Below, piece after piece: positions 34,453-47,700 of a DNA stretch of 64,000 nt; position 1 is the stretch's first letter; every line of letters begins with the position of its first letter. The translations under genes and the position numbers were made by a program. The notes under the pieces were generated by a model. It ran no database searches. It was not told the origin of the DNA and saw only the letters and a list, made by a program, of their open reading frames with translations. The DNA is from Felis catus (taxonomy: Eukaryota). Location: positions 2,046,001 to 2,110,000 of the forward strand of contig NC_058381.1 in the NCBI RefSeq assembly GCF_018350175.1, in the 5' to 3' direction.

Positions 34453-36894
34453 CTGCAGAGAGAGGACAATGGCCAGAGGGCCCAGAACCCAGGCTCGGGG
34501 ACAAGGGACTGAGGGTCAGACCCTGGAGGGGCAGGAGCTGAAGGGGGCAGAGGGGCACAGAAAGCCCGGCCGCACTCACTTGAAGTTGGTCTCATAGTCC
34601 GTCCCATCCACCCACTTCCAGGCTCCTTCGGCATCACTGAGGCCCATCCAGGCGTGTAAGGAGCCTATATGTTCCTGCACAAAGTTCTGGGGCGACAGAA
34701 GGGCAAGGGTGACTTCTCTCCAGCCCAGCCAACTCCCTGGACTCGCAGTTCTGAACTTGACGTGTCCATTCAGCCCGTTGGGGGACACTGGGGACGGTCA
34801 CCCCGATGCCCCCCGGCCAATGAAACTTCTGGGAGCGGCTCGGCGGGTGACAGAGCTCAACCAAGCCCCCTCGGGGATTCCGACGGCCCGGCGGAGGTTG
34901 AGAACCGCTGCCCTCAAGGGGACCCCGGCACTGAGGCGCTCACCTCCTCCTCCCTGGAGTTGACGACCACCAGGTGCGCGTTCTCCAGCCGGCAGTGCTT
35001 CTCGGCCTCCGGCCAGGTCTTCCCGGAGCGGGAGAACCAGTAGCAGCTGCCCTCGAACTCCAGCCAGTTGACCGGGCAGCAGGTACTTTGAGAGCCTGAG
35101 GGGCGGGGAGGTTCTGAGATGCCACCCAGGGGTGGGGGTGGGGGGACGAGCAGGAAATGGGGCGCAGCACCCCCACACCCCTCACCGTTGCTCTTGAGAG
35201 CGGCCACCTGGCAGGTCAGGGTCCTCAGGTCCTTGGCCAGCTGCTGGACTCGAGCGAGGGTATCGGAATGATCTGGGACACACACACAGGTGGGCAGCGG
35301 GGGCGGCGCCCGGGGGAGCTCAGCGAGCCCCCGGAAGCCAGGCGTCCCCGCGCGGGCCAGCCTAGGGCCCTCTGCGCCGTGTCCCGCGCGCGCGCCACGC
35401 CCCGGTGACGGGGACAGGGCCCCCACCTGCTTGCAGCTGCCGCTGGTCCTTCTCCAGCTTGCTCTCCAGGGCGAACACCTTGTCGTTCAGGCTGCGGGCT
35501 GCAGGGCAGGGGGGTCAGCACCGAGGCCGCTCCCCCCACCCCCACCCCCACCCCCACCCCCACCCCTCCCCCCGGGGGCCGCGGCTTCTCACCTGCTTGC
35601 AGCTCCCGCTTGTGATTTTCCACCTCGGCCTTCAGAGACGTTGTCGTTTCTTGCAAACTGCCGCCTGGAGGACACGTGGCGGGGGGAGGACTCGGTGCTC
35701 AGGACCCCCTCCCCCACCCCCACCCCCGCTCCCACGGAGCCCCTTCCGTGTGCCAGGCTCACCCTGGGCGTTCAGGGCCTGGAGCTCGGCCACAGTGCTT
35801 GAGGTGAAGTTGCTGAAAGTGCCTCCCAGGGTCACCAGGTCCCTCTGACACTTGGAATCTGATGGGGAGGGGACAAAGCATGTTGGGATTTATCAGGTCC
35901 TCTGTGAGCCGGCAGCCAGGGCAGCCAGCGGGCTCACCGCGCGCATTGTCCCGCCGTCTCCTCACATGACCCAACCCAGAGGGACGGGCGCTATCGTTAT
36001 CAGCTGTCCCGGTCTGGAGGGGTCAGGCCACTGGGCTACTCAGCCAACCGCACCAAGTGACAGAGCCAGCGGCCACCCTACCCGCCACCACCCCACCCCC
36101 ACCCCCGTGAGCTCGCTCCTCCCTGCCCACGCCGCTCCCCTCACTCTGGGATCCGATCACACAGATGCCAACCAGCAGGAGGAGGCTGATGCCCAGGGAG
36201 AGCAGGAAGGGCCGGGGGCCAGAGCAGAGCCGCTGCAGGTGGTGGAGAGGCGGAGGCGGCCCTGCAAGGGGACAGGGCGTCAGGGCGGGACAGGGAGGAG
36301 GAGAGGGCCCAGGGACCAGTCAGGGATGAGGGCTGTCGCGGGTAATGCTGGGAGGCCGAGGCAGGACACGTGGGGCGGGGTGCACCCAGGCCTCTGACCC
36401 CTCAGGGACCAGCCCAAGCCCTCAGTCACCTGGGCTCCTCACGCCTCCGTGGGGACGCACGGACACAAGCACCCGCAGATGGAGGGGGACGGTGATGGGC
36501 AAGAGGCTATCAGAGTTGGGGGAGGGGCAGAAGGACCCAGAGAGAGCTGGAGCCCCGCCAGGCTCACAGGTGGGTTTCCTTCTGAACCCAAATACTCTTC
36601 CCTCGATGCCAACCCTCACGGCCTCCTCCAGAGCAGAGGGATCCGGGCCCCCTGTGGCCCTCTCTGTCCCTGTCTTCACACTGGGGTCCCCAGAAGCTGG
36701 GGCCGGACCCCCTCAGGATGGGGGCCCCCCTGCAGCCCACACACGGTAGGGGTGCAGGTATGACAGCAGAAACCCTCTACCCCTGAAGAGTGTATCGAAG
36801 GAGGGAACATTTCCCCATCCCTCTTACCGTTTCTAGACCCCTGGCTTTGCTTCTCTGTCTCCGAATGCTGGAACTTTTCATACTGCATAGACAT
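34299..36894 (-). CDS. CLEC10A: C-type lectin CLEC10A (MGL/CD301), spliced CDS, 307 aa
   Basis: complement join(36894..36828,36261..36145,35858..35763,35664..35593,35498..35427,35272..35186,35095..34944,34686..34580,34452..34299)=924 nt; YEKF endocytic motif, type II TM, coiled-coil neck, CRD with QPD, Gly loop, CAHF and WND; lies between SLC16A11 and ASGR2. Confidence 0.94.
34580..34686 (-). CDS. CLEC10A: CLEC10A CRD exon 2
   Basis: [31 protein letters not shown]. Confidence 0.95.
34944..35095 (-). CDS. CLEC10A: CLEC10A CRD exon 1
   Basis: [28 protein letters not shown]. Confidence 0.95.
35186..35272 (-). CDS. CLEC10A: CLEC10A neck exon (87 nt)
   Basis: [28 protein letters not shown]. Confidence 0.92.
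35427..35498 (-). CDS. CLEC10A: CLEC10A neck exon (72 nt, b)
   Basis: [23 protein letters not shown]; AG/GT flanks. Confidence 0.85.
35593..35664 (-). CDS. CLEC10A: CLEC10A neck exon (72 nt, a)
   Basis: [23 protein letters not shown]. Confidence 0.9.
35763..35858 (-). CDS. CLEC10A: CLEC10A neck exon (96 nt)
   Basis: [31 protein letters not shown]. Confidence 0.92.
36145..36261 (-). CDS. CLEC10A: CLEC10A TM exon
   Basis: [31 protein letters not shown]. Confidence 0.93.
36828..36894 (-). CDS. CLEC10A: CLEC10A coding exon 1 (cytoplasmic tail)
   Basis: [22 protein letters not shown], donor gtaag. Confidence 0.88.
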
Positions 36895-38449
36895 GCTTGG
36901 ACCAACGCTGAGGCTACCGGGGCTGAAAGGGAAGCAGGGCCGGGGGGCCAGGCTGAGACAAGAGCTGGGGCGAAGCGGGGAGGCTGGGACTCGGTGGGAG
37001 CCCAGGTCAGGCCCAGAGTCCAAGGAAGAGGTGAACTCAGGTTGAGGGCGCGCCGAGGGTCGGAGAGAGGCTTGGGCCTGGTTCTGGGTTTGTGGGCGAG
37101 GTTGGACGTGGGGTCGGGACTGGGGGTCGGGCGGGGTTGCGTTGAGCTGGGGATGGAAGGAGGTAAAGTAGGAGCTAAATGCAGTACTGGCTGGGACCGG
37201 GGCCGACGCTGGGCTGGCACCGAGGGGCACGTCCTGCCGGCTGGGGTCGGGGATGTGGCTGAGCCTACGCCTGGTGCTGAAGCTGGAAACAGAGTCGGGG
37301 TCAACTTTGGGAAGGGGCTGGTGTTAAGATTCCAGTTGATTCTGAGGTCCAAGCTGGGGCTGGGGCTTAAGGGGAAGCTGGGGTTAGTACCGCGGTTAGG
37401 GCCGCGGTGGGGTGGGGGCTGAAACGGGGCTGAGTCTGCCTGAGATTCGGCCCCCCCATACTTCAAGCCCAACCCAGGGAAGGGAATAGAGTGTAAAACC
37501 TCCCCTCGGCCACTGAATCCCCAAGCTGTCCCTTACCATTTCTTGGTCTCCCCTAAGTGCCAGGCTGGTTACCTGCGTCTGGAACTCCTTGCGCAGCAAT
37601 GCCCAGAGTTGGAAAACACGAGATCCTGGAGATTCCGAGTGGGGGTCACCTACGCGACCAGAGTCCTGCCGGTGTCTGTGTGTCAAAGCCCAGGAGGCTC
37701 TAAGCTGGGATCTCCCGTTTCCCCGACTGGAGTGGGGAAGGAATCGGAAGGCTTGCGGGAGGAAGGGGCTGGATACGGGGCAGGTCCGCTCTCCTCCTCC
37801 TCTGGGGTGTATCTACCCCTGTCCCCTCCTCTTAAGCCCCCCTGACTTCCTCATTTTTACCATTCGGGAGAGGGGAGCCAGACCAGAAGGTCCAAAGGCC
37901 AGTGTGTCCGTTCTCCTCGCCCACGCCCCCTTTCGCTTCCTTCATCTAAAGTTCCCAGAACCCGTCTCCATCAGTGCGCAGCTGGGTCCAGAGGAGCGCA
38001 TCTCTGGTCTTGCTCAATCTCACCAAGTCCTGGCACATGAGCTTCCCCTGGGGCGCCCCGCCCCCCCCCCCCCCCCCAGGGAGGGAAGAACACACGGCAG
38101 AGTGGGGTTTCCTGACTGCAAAGGGAGGAAGGAGGCAGGAAAGGGAAATCTTACCGAGCATCGAATCTGTAACAGGGGATTGTGCCAGAGGCGTGCCAAA
38201 CATTAACCGTTCCGATCCCACAAGAATCTTGGGGAGGAGCTTTGGATGGCGGACTGAGGCTCAGAGCCGGGCCGTGGGCTTCCCAAGTTCATGGGTGTGC
38301 TGAGTGCAAGGGGCCAGAATTGCAGACCACCCTGGCCTGGCCATCTTCAAGAAAGGGAACTGGATTGAATCCCATCACCTGTAAATCTCATTGCCACACA
38401 CGGTGTGAATTCACACTCACAGTCTTTTCTTTTTCTTTTCTTTCTCTTT

Positions 38450-38656
38450 ATTTGCTTAATGTTTATTTATTTTTGAGAGAGAGAGTGCGAGCAAGTGGGG
38501 GAGGGGCAGAGAGAGAGGGAGACACAGAATCCGAAGCAGGCTCCGGGCTCCGAGCTGTCAGCACAGAGCCCTACTCTGGGCTTGAACTCACAGACCGTGA
38601 GATCGTGACCTGAGCCGAAGTCAGACACTTAATCGACTGAGCCCCCCAGGCGCCCC
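38450..38656 (-). mobile_element. Can-SINE
   Basis: SINE body on the minus strand. Confidence 0.88.
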
Positions 38657-38679
38657 GAGATAGGGTCAATTTTTATTAA

Positions 38680-39130
38680 GGCCATCAAGAGTAGGGTGTC
38701 AAGAAAGGCCTTACTGGGAAGGTGATATATGAGCAATGGTCTCCAGGAGGTGAGGGAGCAAGTTATGAGGAGTCCCAGGAGGAACAGGGCTCCAAACGGA
38801 AGACACAGCAGGTGCAAAGGGTGGAAGAATGTCTAGGGTGTACAAGGGTTCTCCATTCGCCAGACTTTTTATGGAGACATGAGCTAGAGAGAAGAGGAGT
38901 AGATGAGTCACAGAGGGAGAAGGGAGGCCGCCAATTCATCAGGGCACTTAGGCTATTGTTAAGCGTTTGTTTTTGCTCCAAGTTGGAGGGGCAGACTTTG
39001 GAGGGGTCGGAGCAGAGGAGGGAATGACCCGCCTTGTGTGTGAACTCGCACGTGTGACACCTGTGTTGTGAATCCCACGAAACGAGACAAGGGCGGAAAC
39101 GGCGCGCTGTGCTCGGAGGCGGTGAGAAGG
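38680..39130. mobile_element. L2 remnant
   Basis: Degenerate motifs typical of L2 3' region (gtgcaaagg, ttttgctccaag..gaggggtcggagcagagg) as recalled. Confidence 0.5.
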
Positions 39131-39194
39131 GTTCTGATCCTGGATAGGCTGCGAAGGTAGAGTTAACAGGATTCTGCTGATAAATTTCGTGTGG

Positions 39195-39199
<5 letters not shown>

Positions 39200-39240
<41 letters not shown>
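39200..39240. repeat. (CA)~20 microsatellite
   Basis: Seen directly. Confidence 0.95.
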
Positions 39241-39244
<4 letters not shown>

Positions 39245-39671
39245 TAGTTCTCCTTCCAGGCCCCAAAATAAAGTACACTTAGAGCATTTCCCATAAATTG
39301 CTGAGTCCTGAGGAAAAACCGCTTTCTCCCTGACTTTTGCAAAGCCGACGCCTAAAGATATGTGATGACCTTTTGCAACTGCGTTCATCGTGTGGGAACA
39401 GTGCTGTGTTGTCATCATGAGCAGGTTAGAAGCTTGTTAACACTGATGACGGTGCAGCTTTCCTCCCAATCCCTCCCGAGGTTCTGTTCCGTGAGCCCGT
39501 CCTCCCAAAGGCCGATCCCTTCCTGACTTCTTCGCAAGTTGCCCTCTTTTCTTTCCTAAATGCTTCTGCCTCTGAGGCCTTCGGAGGCTTCTGCCTTCTT
39601 GAGCATCATAGCTTCCGTCTTCCACCGCTTTCTCCCTGCTGCCTCTCCCAGCACCTCAGCTGGCCAGGATT

Positions 39672-39890
39672 TCTTTATTTTTTTTAACGTTTATTTATTT
39701 TTGAGACACAGAGAGACAGAGCATGAACGGGGGAGGGGCAGAGAGACGGGGAGACACAGAATCGGAAACAGGCTCCAGGCTCTGAGCCATCATCAGCCCA
39801 GAGCCCGACGCGGGGCTCGAACTCATGGACCGTGAGATCGTGACCTGAGCTGAGGTCGGATGCTTAACCGACTGAGCCACCCAAGCGCCC
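39672..39890 (-). mobile_element. Felid SINE
   Basis: Full-length on the minus strand. Confidence 0.9.
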
Positions 39891-40377
39891 CATCCAAAGA
39901 CATAAACTTTTTAAAAAAGGAGGAGAGAGAGAGAGAGAGAAAGACTGGAACTTAGAAGAAAAATGGGTCTTGAGGGTTTTTGCACACCACGTCCTTCTGT
40001 TTAACGGCCCGTTAAATGACTCCCCTGGTGATGCCTTTTTGAGCTGCGGATCCTTCAACTGGATTAACGATGCTGAAGTGAACAGGCTCGTAATGCCTGT
40101 TGGTGCTAAGAAGCAAAGACTGCTCTTGGCTAGGTTTCTAGAAGCAAAACGGGCAGAAACGTCGTTATCAGTCCACCTTCTCCCTACCGTGTAGAGGGAT
40201 ATTCATTTTTCCACACCTTCACCCACAAACCTGTCAGTTCTCGCCAATGTGATGTTCAAGAAACAAATACCTTCTCTGTTGTTTCAGTGATGGCTTAACT
40301 GACTCCTGGCTTGGGAGAAACAAAGTTTTGTCTTGGTGAGGTTCAGAAACTGTCAGAAGCTCTTGTATTTACTTAAA

Positions 40378-40590
40378 GTTTTTTTTTTTTAATGTTTATT
40401 TTTGAGAGAGAGACAGAGACAGAGTACGAGCAGGGGGTGGCAGAGAGAGAGGGAGACACAGAATCCGAAGCGGGTTCCAGGCTCTGAGCTGTCAGCACAG
40501 AGCTCGACGCAGGGCTCGAACTCACGGACCGTGAGTTCATGACCTAAGCCGAAGGCGGCCACTTAACCGACTGAGCCACCCAAGCGCCCC
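40378..40590 (-). mobile_element. Felid SINE
   Basis: Full-length on the minus strand. Confidence 0.9.
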
Positions 40591-40739
40591 CACAGTTTTT
40601 TAACCATAAAACCTTATATATACTTAGGCTTTTATTCTTCTATGTGAACGCTAACGTTATTTTATCCTACCCCCTCCCCCCTCCCACACACACAGTGTTG
40701 GCATTCAGGTCAAACCACAATATGTGTTTCTTTAATTGG

Positions 40740-41365
40740 CCTAATGGGCATTTATAGACCGCCCCACTCAACAGTGGCAGAAGACGCATCGTTCAAGTGC
40801 ACGTGGGACTGCCCCCAAGACAGACCGTGTCGCACAACAAACTTTATAACACATGTAAGCAAATTGAAATTTTACATCTGTCCTCGATAATAATGGAATT
40901 AAGCCAGAAAACAATTAGATGGAAAACCAAAAAAGATAATTATAAAAATCTCCCAACCCCGAAAATTATGCAACACATTTCTCAATAATCCATGGGTCAA
41001 AGAGAAAGTCTCAAGAAAAATTAGAAACGATTTTAAGCTGAACTGCAATGAAAATACAACAGATCAGGGGCGCCTGGGTGGCTCAGTGGTTAAGCGTCCG
41101 ACTTCGGCTCAGGTCATGATCTCAAGGTTCGTGGGTTCGAGCCCCGCGTCGGGCTCTGTGCCGACAGCTTGGAGCCTGGAGCCTGTTTCAGATTCTGTGT
41201 CTCCCTCTCTCTCTCTACCCTTCCCCTGCTCATGTTCTGTCTCTCTCTCTCTCTCTCTCTCTCAAAAATAAATAAGCATTAAAAAATTTTTTTAACAAAC
41301 AAAAAAACTAGCAGCAAATGAGATAGAAAGGAGTTTCCTCAACCTGTAAAAGGGCATCTACACCA
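40740..41365 (+). mobile_element. L1 ORF2 fragment interrupted by a Can-SINE (41066-41300)
   Basis: aataatccatgggtcaaaga..aatgaaaatacaaca typical of L1 ORF2. Confidence 0.7.
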
Positions 41366-42260
41366 AGACCTCATTTGGTTGTTATCAGATAGACTCTCCT
41401 GGATTTATCCTTCCTTTACATTCAGCTCTAAGACCAGTCTTAACTCCAGGTCACAAAAGCCCAGCCCAGACCAGAGCGAAGCCTCACGCAGCCCGACTCG
41501 GGAGTCGCAGGCGCGGGGCTCCAGCAGACATTGCCGAGGCTTTGCTCGGATCCCTTCCGGATCCCTTCCCTCCCATTCTTCACGGCCGGCACCTGTGTCT
41601 CTTGGTCAGAAGCCTGCCCTCAAGCTGCCCGAACACAGTTTCGGAACCCACGGCAGGATGTACCTTGGGATTCCCATTCTCGCCAACCCCAGGCAGAACC
41701 CGAACCAATGGCCGTTGGGTGCAAGACTATTAGTGCTCGGGGTTCCTTGTTCCTGACTGGGGAAAGCTGTGCCGGGACAGGACCCGTTGTTGGGACTGTG
41801 CTCAAGATCACCTAGTCACACTTCCTAACGAGTCACTTTCCAAAGAATCTCAGTGTCTGGTACACCCTTGCATAACTTCCTCCCCCTCCCCCTCCTGCAC
41901 CCCCATCCCCCTATCTGTTTTCCTGGGAACACTTTCTCATAAATCACTTTCATAAAGATCCGTATCACAGGACCTGCCACTGGAGAATCTAGGACAGGAG
42001 TCATGGGCTGTTCTGTTCCTCCTTCCCCTTTCTTTCCTCTTCTCCTCACTGAGCATCAAGGGTTGGGCGAAGGAGGGAGGAATTCAAGGAAGAGGCCCGC
42101 GATCTGGTGCCGTTGTGGCTGGTGGCCAGGACGCGCTTCACAGCAGGCCTCCAACACTGGCCTTCCGTGGGCTCTGTTGGTGGTGCCTCTGAGACTCTTA
42201 TGGGACCCTCTGCACCACAGGAGCCCCTCCCGAGGACGACGAATTCTCTGGCTACCCTCT

Positions 42261-42343
42261 GATGGCCACCATCGGCTCTTGCCCCGATGGCCACCATTGG
42301 CTCTTGCCCAATAGCCACCATCAGCTCTTGCCTCAGTGGCCAA
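42261..42343. repeat. About 3 copies of a 24-25-bp unit (atggccaccatcggctcttgccc)
   Basis: Seen directly. Confidence 0.8.
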
Positions 42344-43485
42344 CTACCCTAGATTCCAGCCATACACGCACGGTCTCCTTCAGCCTCACTCTGTGACAAA
42401 GTGCTCTTGGGCAGGGTCCTTCCTGGATGGCTCAGGCCTGGCATCCCTGGGGTCCACCAGGCTCACATTTTCCGTGACATTCTCACCCTGACAGATGACC
42501 AAGTGCGGCAGGACCCACTGATGCACAGGGCAGCTTTAGCCCCGGTTCTCTGCCTTCAGACGTCTCCTGTCAAGGACAAGTCTCTTTCTCCACGAGTGCC
42601 CTCAAAAATCCTGAAGACACATCCACGGCCGCCCCTAAAGTTCTTCTTGCCCCTGTCAAATAGCAGTCCACGGCCGTCCCCACAGCGTCTGCGGCTTACC
42701 TACCATCTGGCCCGGTAGTGACATGCCTGTTGTCCCCCCTTCGCGGACACCCCCGTCTCTACTGTGGCTCCCTTTGGACTCCAGCATCTGGCCAGTGGGT
42801 TGCAGGGAAGCATCCCCTTCCTCCATATGGAGAAAAAAAAAAAAGACTTGAATCTCTTGCCACATCTAAGAATGCCCTTGAAATGAACTCCTCAACTCCC
42901 TCGTCCCCTCTTACAGAGTCAGGGAGGGATGATGGTGGGCTACTTTGGCACCTCTTGGTAAATCCTGCCTGTGTGCGTCCAGCTCCCCTGGGTTTTAAAG
43001 GCACGGCCATTATCCGCAATCGTTCTCGGCTTTGGGAATCCAGCCAAACTTCTATAAAAACAGGAAAAGTGTCGTTTAATCTCTCTCATGTGGCCCTGTC
43101 ACTCTTCTCACTTCCTGAATCGGGCTTTGCCAAGATTTGATTGATCACATGAGAGTTTTTGTAAACAGATTTTTGCTAAGAGGGTAGAAAGACAGACTAC
43201 AGGCTTGGAGAAAATACTCGCAGACCACATACCAAACAGAAGACGAGTGTCTAGAATATGGAAGAATCTTCCAGGCCCCACTCGGGGGAGGGATGACTAA
43301 CGTAGGCTTTAACGTTTCACAACGCCGTGCTCATGTATCGCTTTGCCCTCAGAAGGTGCTCAGACAGACTGGGCTGAAAGAAATTATTCAATCCCCCCCA
43401 AATACTGTCCAAGTTCTTCAAGTAAATTCACTCAAGTATAATTACACACGGATATGTATACTGTATATGCAAAAAAAGAATTCTT

Positions 43486-44345
43486 GGGGCATCTGGGTGG
43501 CTCAGTCGGTTAAGGGTCCAACCCTTTGATTTTGGCTGAGGTCATGATGTCTTTCTTGGTTGTGAGTTCGAGCCCCACATCGGGCTCCATGCTGAGTGTG
43601 GAGCCTGCTTGGGATCCTCTCTCCCTCAAAAAAACTTTTCTTTAATGTTGATTTATTTTGAGAGAGAGAGAAAACGCAAGTGGGGGAAGGGCAGAGAGAG
43701 AGGGGGAGAGAGTGCCAGGCAGGTTCTGCACAGTCAGCATGGAGCCCAACACGGTGCTCGATCCCACCAACCTTCAGATAATGACCTGTACTGAAATCAA
43801 GAGTTGGACAGACTGAGCCATTAAATTGTTCTAATTAAAAAAATTTTTTTAAGTTTATTTATTTTGAAAGAGAGAGAGAGAGAGAGCTTGAGTAGGGGAG
43901 GGTCAGAGAGAGAGAGATGGAGAGAGAAAGAATCCCAAGCAGGCTCCCTGCCATCAGCGCAGAGCCCAACGTGGGGCTCGAACCCACAAATCACGAAATC
44001 GTGACCCAAGCCAAAATCCAGAGTCGGGCACTCAGCTGACTGAGCTACCCAGGCTCCCCCTGCAAAAAAAAAAAAATTTTTTTTAAGCATTCTCAAGATC
44101 CAACGGTAGAGTAAACCAATTAGAAAATGGGCAAAAAACACAGAGACGTTTCTCCAAAGAGGACATACACATAGAAAACAAGCACAGGAGATGTGCGATG
44201 TACCATTGGCCATCAGCGAAATGCAGAGTAAAAGCACAGTGATATACGGGGCGCCGGGGGGGCTCAGTCGGTTCAGCGTCCAACTTCAGCTCGGGTCACG
44301 AGCTCGCAGTTCGTGAGTTCGAGCCCCACGTCGGGCACAGAAATT
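43486..44345. mobile_element. SINE cluster within an old L1 fragment
   Basis: Four SINE pieces; L1 motif aaaatgggcaaaa..tctccaaagaggacatac. Confidence 0.75.
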
Positions 44346-44785
44346 ACTTTAAAAAATAAAATCCAAGAGTAAGTATTTAAAAGCGTGTCTCCTTTTGGCA
44401 TGGATTAAGGTCTTCCTTTGATAGAGTGCTGTGACAAAATTATTTCTAAAAGCACAGTGGAAGCTACTTTCATTTTTACGTATAATTATTATTGTTATAG
44501 GAAGCAGTTGGCTCCCACTGTTTTGTTCATCTCTCAGAAAGACAGTTTTACTCCATCAAATGTTCTGCTCACAACCGTGCACTCCACTCAGATTTTCTCT
44601 CCCCTCCAGTGAGTCCTTCCAACAACACAAGAGAACAGAAAATCATGCTTAGTGGAATTTTCATTTTATTCTTCTCTTACGTTTTTTTTCACCTTCCCTT
44701 TGATACAAAGGTACCTTTGATGCAACTGATGAGCCAAGGTTGATACTTTTTTTTTTTTTTTTTTAAAGAAATCTCAATGGACTCA

Positions 44786-47700
44786 GGAGCGCCTGGGTGG
44801 CTCGGTCGGTTGAGCATTTAGTTCTTGGTTTCGGCCTGGGTCATGATCCCAGGGTCATGGGATTGAGCCCCTTGTCAGGCTCTGTGCTAGCATGGAGCTT
44901 GCTTAAGATTTTCTCTCTCTCTCTCTCTCGCCCAGAAAACTCGCCGGACGAGCAGGACAGCAGGACGTCCCAAGGCGACTGCACTGCCCCAGATCCAGTG
45001 ACACCGAGGCCCCCAGCCTGGTGGGTGGGCAGGCGGCCCCGGGAGGCACAGAGCAGACTGACAAGGAACCTCCGGCGCCCTGAGCTCTAGGACCCCACCA
45101 GTCCCCTTACGAGGGCCCCCAGTGGCCCTGGCAATGTCTTCCCAGGATCAGAGACTTTTGTAAGTTGTGCAAACAGAAGTTATTCTCACTACAATCAGTG
45201 AGGGTGACCAGTGTCTCTCTCCCCTGCCACTTCCCCCCCTTCACACTGTCCTCTGTGCCAGGGGGCTGGGGACGCCTGGGTGGTTCAGGCGAAGCATCCG
45301 ACTCTTGATTTCCGGTCAGGTCACGATCCCAAGGTGGTGGGATCGAGCCACACATGAGACTCCACAGTGAGTGTGGAACCTGCCTGGGATTCTCTCTCTC
45401 ACTGCCCCTTCTCTGCCGGCTCTCTCTCTCTTTCTCTCTCTCAAAATAAATAAATAAACATTGGGAAAAAAATAATTAGGCTGGAAATACATTTGACTTG
45501 AGTGGGACGGCCACGGGGACGTGGTTTGCAGTCACATCGTGGATCCGTGTGGCTTTCAGGGGTCCTTCAGCCACGGGCTGTGCAGACGCACCAGGGGGAG
45601 ACACTGAGGTGGGACACGAAATGCGCCCTGAAGCTCTTGATATCGGTGATAAAGAGTAAACCACAACAACCTGTCCCTTCTCCTTGTGGAAAGACACCTT
45701 GCCACGTCTTTGCCACGTGTACGAGTACACAGTGAGTACTCGGGGGAAAAATGTGTAGGGAAAATGAATTTTATTTTTTTAATAGTTTTTATTTTCATTT
45801 TTTTGTAAAAGCTTATTTATTTATTTTGAGAGAGAGAGGGGCTCGATCTCACACATCGTGAGATCATGACCTGAGCCGAAGTCGGACGCTTAACCGACGG
45901 AGCCACCCAGGCGCCCCTAGGAAAATGAATTTTAGAGGTCAGTTGGGAATATTATTACAAATATCATATCCTTTTTCAGGATTTTGTGGTGTTTATGGTA
46001 GCTTTCAGCTTTTTAGAGTTGTGGGGAGGAGGGTTCTACCAAGTAAATATTCATAATGTTCTTTTTTTAAATTTTATTTATTTTGATAGAAACAGAATGA
46101 GAGAGTGTGTGTGAGCAGGGGAGGGGCAGAGAGAGAGGGAGAGAGAATCCCAAGCAGGCTCCACGTTGTCAGCACACAGCCCGATTTGCGGCTCGAGCTC
46201 ACAAACCTTGAGATCACGGCCTGAGCCGATCTCAAGAGTCAGATGCTTAACCGACCGGGCCACCCAGGCGCCCCTCATGATGTTATTTTTTTTAAGGAAG
46301 GCTCCTCAAAACTGAGTATGCTTCAGGCCCCATAAATCTTGGGTTCACCCACGTGGCTCTAGGAAAACGCAGGCACTGGTTATGTGACCTGTCACCGCGT
46401 GCAGAAAATTATATCCGGGCTTTTTCCAGTCCAGGATGATTTCGTAACAGGTTCAAAGAACACGAAGAAAATTTTTAAGTGAGATAATTATTAACTTCAG
46501 AAGAAACAGCAGTTGTGCAAGAAAGGAACTGTAACCAGATCACGAGGCGTGGCTCAGCAGGTACCCGGATGGACGCAGGCGTAACTGATGCAGATCCTGA
46601 ATTGGGATTTAAATGAAAATTGTTCGGACGCCTGGGTGGCTCAGTTGGTGAAGCATCGGACCTTTTTGTGTTTTTTTTTTTAACTTACATCCAAGTTAGC
46701 ATAGAGCGCAATAATGATTTCAGGACTAGATTCCTGTGACTCATCCCCTACGTATAACACCCAGTGCCCGTCCCAACAGGAGCCCTCCTTAATGCCCCTC
46801 CCCCATTTAGCCCACCCCCCCCCCCCGCCCCAGCCCCTCCAGCAACCCTCAGTTTTTTCTCCGTATTTAAGAGTCTCTTATGTTTTGTCCCCCTCCCTGT
46901 TTTTATATTACTTTTGCTTCCCTTCCCTTATGTTCATCCGTCTTGTATCTTAAATTCCACATATCGGTGAAGTCCCATGATATTCGTCTTTCTCTGACTG
47001 GCTGATTTCACTTAGCATAAAGCATCGTAGCCTAAAGCAGAAGATCTCAGCTCAGGTCACGATCTTGTGGTTCGTGAGTCGGAGACCCGCGTCGGGCTCT
47101 GCCCCAATGGCACGGAGCCTGATTGGGATTCTGTCCCTCCTTCTCTCTGTCCCTCCCACCCCCCTCAAAATAAACTTAAAATTAAAAAAAAAAAAATTCT
47201 GATATCAATCCTAGAGGGCACAACTAAAGCCCCGGAAGGGGTTTCTCTGAACAGCCAGTGCTTCAAGCCCTGTAAGGCTTGAAGCCTCATGAATGACCAC
47301 TTTTGTAGTTTAATAATTTAAGGCCAATCATATGTGCTTTGAAGGAGGAGTCCTAGAAAATTTTGAAAGTGAAAATGAGGAAATCTTGGAGCGCCTGGGT
47401 GGCTCAGTCAGTTAAGCCTCTGACTGTGGCTCACGTCATGATCTTGTGGTTTGAGAGTTTGAGCCCCGAGTCGGGCTCTGTGTTGACAGCTCAGAGCCTG
47501 GAGCCTGCTTTGGATTCTGTCTCCCTCTCTCTCTGCCCCTGCCCCATTCAGGTTCTGCCTCTCTCTCAAAAATAAATGAGCATTAAAAAATTGTCTTTAA
47601 AAGAAAATTAGGAAGTGTAGAAAGCATGGGGTTAGAAGCCGCAATTGCTTGAAATATTGCAGGTGAAAATATGGGGCGCCTGGGGGACTCAGTCAGTTGA

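Noticed and set aside
34299-36894. Calling this gene ASGR1 or a pseudogene
   Set aside because: Synteny, two 72-nt neck exons and MGL-like neck sequence indicate CLEC10A; the spliced frame is intact.
36777-37472. Long Pro- and Gly-rich ORFs on both strands
   Set aside because: Low-complexity 5' intron/UTR of CLEC10A; similar composition precedes the ASGR2 ATG.
42400-43140. Possible ERV internal remnant or ORF
   Set aside because: No recognisable gag, pol or env motif; cannot be supported without a repeat search.
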